64,000 nt of DNA. Origin: Mobula birostris (Eukaryota). The notes beneath the pieces are model-generated. The model saw only the letters and a program-made list of their open reading frames with translations, ran no database searches and was not told where the DNA came from. Made by a program: the position numbers and the translations under genes. The DNA lies in contig NC_092380.1 in the NCBI RefSeq assembly GCF_030028105.1, positions 52,263,717-52,327,716 on the forward strand, given 5' to 3'. Each line of letters begins with the position of its first letter. The stretch's first letter is position 1. This document shows positions 24,100 to 37,404 of this stretch, piece by piece.

Positions 24100-25300
24100 T
24101 CAAAACATAATATCATCCAGCAATGGCTGTCAAAGCCAAAAGTGAAGAGCCTTGGTTTTATTTTGAGATCAGGCATCTATACAAGGACAACCACACCTTT
24201 AAAACATTCTCATCCTCCAGCATCCAGAAGCAAGATGAGGCCAATTGTCTCTCTGCACCTGCCATTCACTAAGATCATAAGTTATCTTTTACTTTGGCAC
24301 CACTTTCCTGCAATAACCCATATTTCTCCACTATTTTAACATCCAATCAATCCCCATCTTCAACATGTGTTTGACTGGACTCCAATAGCCTCCTTGAGCA
24401 TAGAATGCCAAGGATTTCCAACTTCTGGGTGAAGGTATTTCTTCTCAACTATATTCTGAATGGCTGTCCCCTTACTTTCAGACAGCGTCCTTGGTTCTAA
24501 ATATTACCCCTGCACCAAACTTGTTAAGCCCCAGAGGAATTTTGTACATTTTACTAAGACCATCACTCATTCTTCTAAAGTCAATAAGGTATAGAGCTTG
24601 CTTACTTAATCTCTTTTTTATTACAATCGCTTCTGTGCCCTCAAACCACCCCCCCCAACCCCAGCAAAATCTCAGGAATAAAGCTGGTGATCCTTTATTC
24701 AAGAATGATATGCTGCCTTAGGTAGGGACACAAAGCCAGTACAGAATCATCAGGATATAATTGGAACACTTTTGTTCTCAAATCCTAATGCAACAAAAGG
24801 CCTATAAGCTGACTACCTTCATAATTACTTGCTGTATCTGCACACTAACTTTTAGTGAATTATAGATAATGACATTTCAAGCCCCTTTAAACATCAACAT
24901 CTGCTAATCTCTTACATTTAAAGAAATACTCTTCTATTTTCCTCCAATCAAAAGTGAACCGTTTCACATTTTCCTAGATTGCATTCTATATGTCATGTTC
25001 TTACCTTTTAATCTGATTTTTCTTGGAATTCAGCTCACAATCTATAATGCCATCAGCAATATATTTTACATTGTCCTCTCATACAATCTCACACTTAGAT
25101 TATGTGCAGTTGGAGCCCCAACACTAATCATAGCAGTACCAAACCAGACATAACTTCCTGGACTCATTTTCTGTCAATCAACCAATCCTCAAAATATGCC
25201 AACATTTACCGTAACCCTATATGGTCCAGTGCTGTTTAATAACTATCTGTATGGTCTTATCAATGACCCAAAGAAACACCAGATCAACTAATTCCACCTC
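24100..25300 (-). mobile_element. Very old CR1 3' remnant
   Basis: Decayed motifs 'tgggtgaaggtatttcttctca' and 'catcactcattcttctaaa' resemble reverse-strand CR1 3' ends elsewhere in the window. Confidence 0.55.
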
Positions 25301-25439
25301 TTCTGTTTGGCCACTTACATTTTAACATGAATACACAGTCACCCCATCTAACATTATTTTCTTTTGTTAGCAATTTCCCCAACTGCTGATGTCAGGACAA
25401 CAGTACTATCGTTCCTTGTTTTTTATCCCCCTCCATTCA

Positions 25440-26020
25440 GAAAGGTTCCTTAAGGTTGTTATAGCCGATGGGGATAAGCTCCCACTACCTGTTAAATGCT
25501 CCCCGTGGCATGCACCTCAAATAACCTCTGACAATCAAGTTTCAGAATCAGGCTTATTATCACCGGCTCCTGGCCTTCATGTGTGGCTTTGTTACTAAGC
25601 CCAGAGGAACCTCTTCTACTGACAGGAGAAGGGGCAAAGGTGAGTTACTGATGTCTTGAAACCAGTTGCTTTAGGCAGATGGAGCTTGTCAGCTGTGGTT
25701 GGCAGCTCATTTGGAAAGAAAACCCTGATCTCAAATCTTTGCTGCCTTATGGCTATATCTACTCATGGGGAAGGCTTTGGGAGTAAACCCTGGAGAAAAA
25801 TCTGGAGCTGGAGTCCCTAAGGCAGCCCTGCATTGAGTTCAGTGCTGACTGGCAACTCCTGCAATGCTGCTGGGGCCAAAGTGTATCGGACTCTGCTGTT
25901 TCTTTGGGTGCATCAGATGCACGGAGAGAGGGAGCTTGCTCTTCATATCGTACTACCCTGGCTTGTGTATCTAGACAGCTAGGACACAACATATACGGTT
26001 GACCCTAACCAACGGAGGCT
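25440..26020 (+). mobile_element. Non-autonomous non-LTR element, probably RTE-related
   Basis: GC-richer block with no ORF; its 3' part is similar to the 3' half of the SINE at 61053-61355. Family assignment is from recall. Confidence 0.5.
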
Positions 26021-26199
26021 TCAGCAGCTGAGCCTTTCATAAACAATGTGTTTACATTAGCATGCTTCCATTCTGTGTGAACCATTCATGAATCTAAAAA
26101 CGTTTTGGAAAATGAGAACCACTACATTAACACTCTCAGTGATCATCTCCTTCAAAACATTAAGATGCAGGATATCAGTATATGAAGATCTTTCAGATT

Positions 26200-26680
26200 T
26201 CAATTACATTTACTTTATAGGAATAGGTTGTCCGGTCTTTAGAGCATGCTCTGCCATTTAAGATCATGACTGATTTTCTATCTCAACATGATTTTCCAAC
26301 ACAAGCACTAGGTCCTACCATTGCCTTAATATCTGTTTTGACTATATTCAATGATTGAATCTCCAAAGCCTTCCATGGATTCTTCACTTGAATGAAGAAA
26401 TTTCTCATCTCAGCCCTAACTGGCTTCATCTTTAGATTCTGAAGTTGCTCCTTCTCAGCTAGGAGAGATATCCTCCCTGCTAATCTCTTTAATGATCTAT
26501 AAGCTCTGATGGAACTTTCACTTATTCTTCTAAACTCAGACCCAGTCTTCTCAACCTCTCTTCGCATAGCAAACTCTCCAAAATCATGGAAACCTCCTCT
26601 AAGGCAAGCACATTATTTCTCAGGTATAAAGACGAAAACTGTATACAATACTCTAGGTGCAGTCTCACCAAGCTGTTGAG
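26200..26680 (-). mobile_element. Old CR1 3' end
   Basis: 'ctctgccatttaagatcatgactgat', 'gaagaaatttctcatctcagccctaa', 'actgtatacaatactctaggtgcagtctcacca'. Confidence 0.65.
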
Positions 26681-27299
26681 AACAGAAAGGAAGTACTGGT
26701 GCCACTGATGTTCATATCAACTCATGCTGCTTCAGAGCAGGATCACTACAGTACCACCAAGAACAAGGCCCTTTATGGCAACTAAAAGGCACATTGAGGT
26801 CTGGACTAACACAAATTTCTTGCTGATATCCAATGCTCTGGCTGCAACTTAACAAAAACTAGATGCTGTCATTATCCTTCCACAGAGAGTTCAGTGACCA
26901 TGAACTTGTGCTGTTATCTTAAAGTAAACTCTCTGCAGAAACTGCAAGATGGCAACCAAGTATGAAATTTGTTGATGACAAGACTTTTGTTCCTGGAATA
27001 CATTCAGTGATGAACACCAGAAAAGAAAGCTGTTGTAACTGTTTAGCTTTCCCAGAGTTGACTCCAAAATCTTTCAGAACTCTGCCCTTTTGATTTTGTC
27101 TTTATTTCATTAATTATTGTGCTTAATTTTAATCTGTTCCACAAACTTTACTGTTGTGTTAATTATCTTCTCCATCCTTAAACATCATTAGATGTTTAAT
27201 TAATTGCTTCCTAGAAGAAACTTTATTCCCTATTCCCCCAAGTTCCTCTACACCTGCAGTCACAGTACTAGTTTACACTTACAATTCAGCTTCTTATTT

Positions 27300-27970
27300 C
27301 AAAGATCAAAGTAAATTTATCATCAAAGTGCATATATGTCACCATATACAACCCTGACATTAATTTTTTTGTGGGCATATACAGTAAATCCAAGAGCTAT
27401 AACACAATCAATGAAACACTGCACCCAACAGACGGACAAACAATCAGTGTGCAAAAGGCAACAAACTGTGCAAATACAAGAGAGAAAAAAAATGAATAAA
27501 TAAGCAATACACATCAAGAACATTAGAAGAACTGTCCTTAAAAGCAAGTCATAGGTTGTGGGAACATTAGGAAATGGGGCAAGTGAAGTTGAGTGAAGTT
27601 ATCCCCACTGGTTCAACAGCCTGATGGTTAAGGGGTAATGACTGTCTCTGAACATGGTGGTGCGTGTGCTGAAGCTCCTGTACCTTCTTCCTGATAGCAG
27701 AAGCGAGAACAGAGCTTAGTTGTGGGGGTCCCTGATGATGTGTGCTTTGAAGTGACAGCGCTCAGTGTAGATGTTCTCAATTGGAGGGGAGAATTTTATC
27801 CATGATGGACTGGACCATCTGCATGACTTCTTGTAGGATTTTCCATTCAAGGCATTGGCGTTTACATAACAGACTGTGATGCAACCAGTCAATATACTCT
27901 CTACCATACACATGTAGAAGTTCGTCAGTCGAATCTTCACAAACCTCTAAGGAAGCAAAGGCTCTGCTGT
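27300..27970 (-). mobile_element. Rex1/Babar-type LINE 3' end
   Basis: Minus ORF LTNFYMCMVESILTGCITVCY; tail reads caaagtaaatttatcatcaaagt on the plus strand. Confidence 0.85.
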
Positions 27971-28902
27971 AACCCGACTTGAGCCTCATGGTCTCCATCA
28001 TCGAAAAAGCACCTACTTCCACTGCTCTAAAATTCAACTGCAAACATACACTCTGCCTCAACTCTTTAACCAACAAAAATCTCACCTCTGGCTTTGCAAC
28101 CTTGGTGGTAGCTTATCACCTTGCACTCTCCGACCATTTGAGTGCATCCAAAAATTTGTTGTCTACATCAAAAACTATAAAGCACCTTGATTTTTAATAA
28201 ATCCAGTATATAAACAAGGAATATCTCTTTCTATAGACTGGTTAGAAAATGGAACTCATTACCAATGAAAATTAGATTATTGTAGAATTGACTAAGAAGC
28301 ACATAAGAAGAAAGGGAAAAAAAGGGACCACAACAAAGTAAACACAATAGGAGGAGACTACGTGGAACATGGATATCAGAGGCAAGAATGACCTGCTACT
28401 GTATGATTTTATGCAGTACAAACTTTTACAAACACCCTCACATACATGAGCTACTCTAGCTCTCAAGTGGCCAATGACAATAAGTTTCTCAGAGCTTGTT
28501 TGACTCACCTATTTTTCCTGTAACTTCTTCTAATAACAAATATTCTATGATCTTAGTACGCCTCCTTTACCAGCATTGTAAGCTTTTCAAGTATTCATCA
28601 CTTCCCTTGGACCCCAGATAGTGTTCAAGCACTCCAGACATAACACAGGAATTCCTTAATTCGCCACAGTTACACCAACTCTTACCTCTTCCATCAAGCT
28701 TGTTATTCTGTTACACTCATATGATGCTGTGTCAGGTTTTATTTGTTAACACTAATTTATACTCCAAGGTATTTCTTTATGATGAAGGCAATACATACAC
28801 AGTTAAAGGAGATAAGCTAATGGTTACTCTATTTATAGGAGTTAGAGGTGTCCTGGTCCTCAACCATGCCATTAGCAACTTTATCTCAAACCACAAATTT
28901 AA

Positions 28903-30020
28903 ATCAGAATCAGGTTTATTATCACCGGCATGTAACGTGAAATTTGTTAACTTAGCAGCAACAGTTCAATGCAATACATAATCTAGCAGAGAAAAAAATA
29001 ATAATAAACAAGTAAATCAATTATGTATATTGAATAGATTTTTAAAAATGTGCAAAAACAGAAATACTGTATATTAAAAAAAGTGAGGTAGTGTCCAAGG
29101 ATTCAATGTCTGTTTAGGAATTGGACGGCAGAGGGGAAGAAGCTGTTCCTGAATCACTGAGTGTGTGCCTTCAGGCTTTTGTACCTTCTGCCTGATGGTA
29201 ACAGTGAGAAATGGGTATGCCCTGGGTGCTGGAGGTCCTTAATAATGGACGCTGCCTTTCTGAGACACCGCTCCCTGAAGATGTCCTGGGCACTTTGTAG
29301 GCTGGTACCCATGATGGAGTTGACTAGATTTACAACCTTCTGCAACTTCTTTCGGTCCTGTGCAGTAGCCCCTCCATGCCAGACAGTGATGCAGCCTGTC
29401 AGAATGCTCTCCACGGTACAAAAGAAGTTTTAGAGTGTATTTGTTGACATGCCAAATCTCTTCATACTCCTAATAAAGTATAGCCGCTGTCTTGCCTTCT
29501 TTATAACTACGTCAACATGTTGGGACCAGGTTAGATCCTCAGAGATCTTGACACTCAGGAACTTGAACTTGCTCACTCTCTACACTTCTGATCCCTCTAG
29601 GAGGCTTGGTATGTGTTCCTTCATCTTACCCTTCCTGAAGTCCACAATCAGCTGTTTCGTCTTACTGACGTTGAGTGCCTGGTTGTCGCTGTGGCACCAC
29701 TCCACTAGTTGGCATATCTCACTCCTGTACACCCTCTCGTCACCACCTGAGATTCTACCAACAATAGTTGTATTGTCAGCAAATTTATAGATAGTATTTG
29801 AGCTATATCTAGCCACACAGTCATGTGTATACAGAGAGTAGAGCAGTGGGCGAAGCACACACCCCTGAAGTGTGCCAGTGTTGATAGTCAGCGAGGAGGA
29901 TATGTTATCACCAATCTGCACAGATTGTGATCTTCCAGTTAGGAAATCGAGGATCCAATTGCAGAGGAAGTACAAAGGCCCAGGTTCTACAACTTCTCAA
30001 TCAGGATTGTGGGAATGATG
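28903..30020 (-). mobile_element. Rex1/Babar-type LINE, comparatively well-preserved 3' 1.1 kb
   Basis: ORF 29580-29975 [12 protein letters not shown]...[21 protein letters not shown]...YKFADNTT and ORF 29154-29414 ESILTGCITVWHG...LLPSGRRYKS. Confidence 0.92.
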
Positions 30021-31149
30021 GGAAAGCAAGAAAATATCACTGTGAAGCAAAAATATAGCCATACTATACTCCAAATCCATTTTCTTTTGAATGCAAACTT
30101 CATTTATTTCCTGCCTAACAACCAAACATCTTTGAAAACAGACATATAAATTATTTTAAATAGCTTGTTTTAGTGCAGTGAAATCAAGTACCATGCCATC
30201 CCCTTTCTCAGCCCACTGCACAAGCCAATTTTATCTGGTGATTGATAGCTAGTTATTAAGTAAGACTGATTAACCTTCACATCTTCACAAGTGTATGCAA
30301 CTCAGTTGTGAATCCTTCCTATTCTGCATATTTACTGTGGTTATGTTTGTGAATTTTTCTGTGGGACTGACATGCAAGGGACTGGTGGGAAGGAGTTGTT
30401 CACTTCCTTTGTCTAAGCATTTCAGTTTTATATTAGTACATATTAGATCTTCTGGATCTTGCGACCTAATTCAGATCATCTGCCTTGCCCCAAGGAAGGA
30501 GTGGAAGACTACTGAATTATCTTATTAACTCGATCTCTGAGACATGAGCCAATAGTTACATGGAGTCCTTTGGCATGTGTGTCACCTCAGATTTACAAAT
30601 GTCCTATGAATGGGCACGGCCATTTCTTTGGATTAATTACTTTCTGCTTAAAATCTAACTAGTATTCAAAATCAAACTGTTAAGTGAACAAACTAAATCA
30701 GATATAAACAAGACAGCATGAGGAACAATTGGACATCCTCAAAACTGGCTTAGGTGAACACTCGTGGTGAGGGGGTTGCCCCCTTGATTTGATTTTCATT
30801 GTATTTCTACAATTCAGTAACTTAGAAAGTTAACTGATCAAAAACAACTCGAACAAGAGAAAATCTGCAGATACTGGAAAACAACTAATGACTTGGCATT
30901 CAGGAACTATTACCTGCATGTGCTTGACTGAGGAATTTTACAAACATTTTACAATGGTGCCTTAAATAGAAAGACTTGTTCCTAACTTGCTTATTTTCAT
31001 TATTATTTCAGCTAAAAAATAGACCTTGTAGGATAAAAAGGTACACAAAGTCATTCCAGTTCATGGTAAAATCACATCAGTGTTGTAAAAAGAATTCTGT
31101 TTGTGTTTCAGCATCACATGGCAATACCTCCTGAAGACATTATAATAAT

Positions 31150-32232
31150 TAGAGTCATGGAGTCATAAAATACTACAGCACAGAAACAGGCCATTCAGCC
31201 CATCTATCTATGCCAAACTGTTACTCTGCCTAGTCCCATCGATCTGCACCCGGACCATAGCCCAAACCCCTCCCATCCCTATTTCTCTTAAATGTTGAAA
31301 TCGAACCAGCACCCATTACTTACACTTTCATTACCCTCTGAGTGTAGAAGCCTCCCCTCAAGTTCCCCTTAAACCTTTCACCCTTCACCATTAGTTCTAG
31401 CATTATCCAAGCTCACTGGAAAAAGCCTGTTTGCATTTACCTAATCTGCACCCCTCATAATTTTTACAGCTCTATTAAATCTCCCCTCATTCTCCTATGC
31501 TCCAGGAAATAAAGTCCTAACCTATTTAAATTTTCCCTATAACTTGGGTCCTCAATTCCTGGCAATATCCACATAAATTTTCTATGTACCCTTTCAATCT
31601 TAATATCTTTCCTGTATGCATGTGACCAGAATTGCATATAATATTTCAAATTTGGCCTCACCAACATCTTATACAACTTCAACATAACACCTCAACTCCC
31701 ATCCTGAGTGTTAAAAGCTCTGTTTATGACCCTACCAAGCTGTGATGCCACTTTCAAGGAACTATGGATCTGCATCCCCAGATCCCTCTTTTCTACCATA
31801 CTCCTCAGTGCCCTACTGTTCACCGTGTAAGTGCGATCCTGGTTTGTCCTCACAAAATGCATCACCTCACTTGCCTGCATTAGGTTCCATTTGCCATTTT
31901 TCAGCCCACTCTTTCTGCTGATCCAGATCCCAATGCAAACTTTGATAATCCTACTTGCTACCCCCAATCTTGGTGTCTTCTACAAATTTGCTGATCCAGT
32001 TTATCACAGTATTATCCTGATTATCAATGTAGATGACAAACAACAACAGATCCAGTGCTGATCCTTGCAGCACACAAGTCACAGGCCTCCAGTCAGACAG
32101 GCAACCATCTGCCATCACCCCCTGGCTTCTCCACAAAGCCAATGTTCAATCCAATTTACCAACACATCCTGAATACTAAGCAACTGAACCTTCTTGATCA
32201 GCGTCCAATGTGGCATTTTGTCAAATGCCTTA
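31150..32232 (-). mobile_element. CR1 LINE 3' portion
   Basis: Minus ORFs LYKMLVRPNLKY, SKFVEDTKIGG; tail 'aaatactacagcacagaaacaggcc'. Confidence 0.88.
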
Positions 32233-35200
32233 CCAGCTCAGAAACATTAGCTACTGTTACATAATGATGTCCTACCCCAGTGATATAATTAACTCAGCAG
32301 CTATGCGATGAGTCATCCAAAGCATGCAGTACAGGTATTGAAATTTAGAGAATGGCAGCCCAGGAGGGGAATTAAGGTAAGGGTAAAATAAAAATACTGG
32401 GGTGGGTAGGTGAAACAGTAACAAAATCTATTTGTATAAGCTAATGATTATGATGGTGATGCCAGTGTTAAAGGATGCATATTTGAAGAATAAATTGAAA
32501 TAAAATTATTATTATTGTTTAACAATGTTGTCACAGTTTTAATAATGTAGAGGAAGAAGTGAAATAGTATTGGGTATTCTACACTTGGAGAAAAAAAATC
32601 ATAATTACTGCCACTTGGCTTTATTCAGAAATGTCATTATTACATGTGGGAAAATAAGGTGGGTAGTTGATAAACAGAAACACCTTTCTTTAATTGTATT
32701 TGAATAATAAAAATTCTAGGTTGTCAGAAAGCTAAAATTCTTTCACTGAAGAGAATTGAAGACCCCAAGTGATGTTATACACTTTATTTAACTAAACCTT
32801 TCTCTCTCTCTCCCCGCCACCGTATATTTAGCTTGAAGCTAGGTAAACTACTAAATTTATACAGTAGGTTGACACATTTTTAGAAACTTGAATATTCATA
32901 GTGCCTTTAATCTACAACAACATTGCTAGATGAATCACAAGAGTGTAATCAAGCTAAAACTTTGCAAGATTACAGAGAAGAATTTATCAGAAGGGATGGC
33001 TAAAAGTTTGGTCAACGAGATGGGTTTTAAGGAGGCTTTTAAAGGAGAATAGCAGGTCAGCAGATGAGGAAACCTGTGATTAAGATCAAGATAAGTGAAG
33101 ACATGATTGTAAAGAAGATGCAAGAGAAATGGAGAATGCACAAGAAATTTTAGACACTGGAAGGTTGCTTTCTGACAAAAGTTAGGTTACAGGGCACAGA
33201 AACAGTCTACTTTGTCTAGCAGATCCATGCTCATCACACTCCTCACAACAAGCCTCATTTCACCCTCTTGTTCTTAAGGCTTTTGTCAAGTAGAATATAT
33301 TTGCAGTTCTCAATGTAGGTAACATACATAAATTACTTCCAGTACATTTGTCTTAAAAATGATTTCTATCTGTGGTCCGGAGTAGTACACTTGAAAAAAA
33401 GTGCCAGTAGTGATGGAAAAAAAAGAGTTAACAATTCAGGGCTGAAGACCCTTTGCCAAAACTCTGGGTACTATGGTGTGCTAATGGGAAGTATGTGGCC
33501 CACAGATTGAGAAGCACTGATCTAAATTCAGCAACATAGCCTTTCTATCATTCCATAACCACACCCCATGCCGTTTTCTAATTTAGATACCTCCTAAACA
33601 CACTTCTGCTTCTTGCTTCCTTCAACTATGCCTTATGGCCCGAAGTTCCACATTCTTACCATTCCATGAATAAAGATTTCTCCTGAATCACTCTGGAGAG
33701 ATTCATGATTATCATACAACTACAATTTTGTCTTGTTGCATCAAAAGATCTATGCCGGCAATATCAATTCCCTGTCCATAAAGATCACCCCTGATTCACT
33801 TGTTAACATGACCATTATTTTTTAAGATGCATTATACCTTGAAGTGATCTACATATCTCCACCACAGATATTTCTTTATCTGGATCTTTATCTTTCAAGA
33901 AGTTTGTAATTTCCCTGCTTTCTACTGGGCTTTTCTATCGTGAAGCTAATTGGCCTTTATAAACCAATAGTGGAAGGTTGTTGAAGACAGTCAACATTTT
34001 ATTGTGGGCTTTTTTTTTTATTAACTAGTTTCCCAAATTTGGTAATAAGCAACAAATTTTGAGATTACATTTATGATTCTTTTGCCCAAATTGCTTATGT
34101 AAATATTAACTGACATAAGCTCTGTATCAATCCAAGTGAAATATCAAGCATTTTCATATCTAACCATTATTATCCTCTACTTTCATTCTATTTTGTAACC
34201 AGCTTGTTACTGTTCACCAAAGTTCACATTCTGGCCTTAATTTTCAAATGACTCAGCTTATTGAAGGTATTTTAATTTCAAATTCAACAAAAATACAATG
34301 CTCACTGCATTTATTACCCCATCATCTCTTTCACTTATCACTCCATTACTCATTCCTTTATGGAATGGATGTTGACTTATATTTTCAATTTCTATTACAT
34401 CTCTAACTTAGATTAATTTATCCATAACCACCCTGAAACTAACGAGTCCACAGTTCCCTGAAATAACTTCATTACCATTTTTATATTGAAGTTACATGAG
34501 CTACTAGCCATCCAAACTTTCTTACTAAAAGAGAAACTTTATATTTTCAGAACAGTGCTTCTGCAATCTCATCCCCAACTTTTTTTTATTTATGATGCAG
34601 TCCTTTCTGACTATGCATTTTACCCTCTAAAATAATTTATTAACTCATAACCTTTTCTATCTAAAAATTTAATATTTCATATAATGTTATATGCACTGGG
34701 CTCCAGACTTCACACTAGGTATAACTGTTACACTTTGAAGGCCTACTTCTACACTCATATCTGGAAAAGGGTCCAAGAAAAAGTCATTACCCAAGATTTT
34801 CAACATCAAATTGAGGGAGGAAATAGAAGGAAGACTGAAGAATTTGTGTAGCTCTCAGTCAAGTCCCCAATTTACAGTTTAGTTTCTATTGAACTGCACC
34901 ACGCACTCAAGTGTGGCACTACACAGTGCAATGTCTCAGAAAAGACTGGTTTTAAATAACAAATTTCATCTGGTGAACTTGCAGTACTGGAACACATACT
35001 AATTTTGAAAGACATTTGTTGCTCACGTGTCCAATGGCATTTTTCTGAGCACTTAAGTCACTATCAAGGTTATTTTATGATGTCTGTCCCATTGCAGCCT
35101 TCAATTTGCTAATGTGAAAGTAAATGCCATATTTGCAAAAACTGTGAAGCATACAACAAAAGTTGACAAACGTAAAGATTATTCATTCTAAGCTCATTAT

Positions 35201-37404
35201 GTCCAATCAGAAACTGAGGTTAAAATAGAGATCGTCAATTAGAATTGTTCTTCATTTCATACAAACTGTTAGAGATTTGCAAGGTATCTTAGGGACATCT
35301 TTTCAAATCAGGAGCTTCTATACAGACAAGGGGAATATTATGCTTTACAGTCAATGTGAAAGTGAATGCCTTAAAATCCCATTGGTTAAAGCTCTGCTTT
35401 TAGCAGGGTAATGTACATGTTGTGCAGCAACAGACAGAATATGCTTTTAATTTCTTTTGGGTGCTGTCTGAAAGAGTCAACAGCTTAGGGCATGGCCTTT
35501 AGTCAAAACTGGAAAATAATACATGTGTAACAAATTTCAGCAAGCACATTGGCAGGGAAAGGTGCGGAAGAGAATTTGAGAACAATAGGAACACCTCAGG
35601 TAGGATAGAAGTGATCTGACTGTAAACTTCGCAATAGAGCAAGGCAAGATAAGACAGAGCATTAGCAGGGACCACTGCAATTAATTGACCCACAGACCAT
35701 TCACTCTATTAGCTCCAACTTGGTGCAAATATACCACAATATTAGATGCACATGGCCAGCATTCAGGTTGGGCTTCTTTGACTTGCAACTGTCCAAAATT
35801 GACTGTAGAGTCCCATGAACTCTAACAAACTCTGGGATAATCTAGGTCAAATCTGAAGTATTTCCCAGATGTGACAAATAAAATATAAAATGGCAAATTA
35901 ACATTAGATGCCATGGAATATCAAAAGAAAATAAAATTTGGACCTGATATCACTAAACTTGGTGCTGAGTCTGAGAGATGATGTACTATCTAAGGCAAAT
36001 CTGTGTTATTAGTCCTGCATCCTCTGTTGAGTTTCATAGCTCTATTAAGCTATGAATAAGGAACTCAAAATGGGAGAGTGCAGAAATTGAAATGAGAAAA
36101 GATCAGAAAGATTAGGTTAGTCTTCATGCACAATGGAGATGATCAGTAAGACATTTTCCCATCCGCATTTGGTCTTCCCAGAATGAAGAATTTGACATGT
36201 GAAGCTCTGAAGTGAACATAGTTCAAGAGGATGGAAGAGAAAAGAGAGAGGGAAGTGTTTCATATCCAAAGTTTCCAGTGGCTGATGTATTCTGAACATC
36301 TTGGATTGAAAGAAATGGCAGCCAGTGTAAAATTAAAATCCTCTACATATGAGTATAGTGTCAGCGCTATGAGCATTGAAAACTGCTGTAGTTCCCATTG
36401 CAAACAGGCAATCAACACTTCTCTGCAATTATGCCTGAAATATTTAATAATTTTGTGGGAGGTATAAAAGGCAGAGAAGATTTTTTTTTTCAGTTTGGCA
36501 CCTCTAGGACATAACAAGTGATGGCATTTCTGTACATTTGTCTTCTTGGACAGATTGCTTTTTAATCTGAAAAACAGAATCCAATCAGTTGGCAAAAGTG
36601 TAAATATAAAAACATTTACCTTCTTAAATGCTAGATTGTAACAATTACTTCTGATTAAAATGCCATAACAGCATTATATACCAGTCAAAATGACAATTTA
36701 ATGCATAACCAAATAAAAGTGCTAATTATGCAGATTATTATTCTGACAGTGTGAAATTATCTGCACAGATTTACATCTAAGATGAGCAATTTTCAACAAA
36801 GTACCATGTAATTCTGCCCAGAGCAATGAGACTTGTCTGCATCAACTCCCCAAGGATGGCAGGGCCAAATCCTACCATAATCTATTGTTCATCTTTTTCT
36901 TAAGAAAAAAACTAATACATTTGAGCATCAAAAAAGATAAACATTCCAACAAAAGGCAAAACTGTGCTATTGCAATTAGCAGTGATCCATAACCCTGTAA
37001 GTAAACACATTTTCAACATTCTGTCATTTGGTCCTACCAAAAATAATTAGGTATACAGTAGTAGAGATGGGCTTTCAGTACAAGTACGAAATGTAATTAC
37101 AATTTACAACATTTTGTAGGCACCTACTGAACATAAGCATGCAGATGCAAGTGACAGACTGTACAAGTCACAGAAATATTTTCTTAAGTCTGATCACAGG
37201 GCCTTGAATTTAATGATGTTATATTAATGGTGAGATCTACCACAGAAATTAAGTATGGGATTAACTAACTGATTGCTTAACATTTTAGGTTTGTACAATT
37301 CAGTTCTTAAACTTTCATTTTTGGTGATACGCTTTGCTCATAAGGCGAGGCAACTTCTTTGCTGCAAAATTAATTTGATTTTACTTGATCATTAGGCTCT
37401 CTTC

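Noticed and set aside
25450-25620. Possible HDV-like ribozyme at the 5' end of the RTE-like element (ggttgtt/aataacc pairing, tccccgt loop)
   Set aside because: I could not build P2, P3 and P4 in the required order; a descriptor search on the family consensus is needed.
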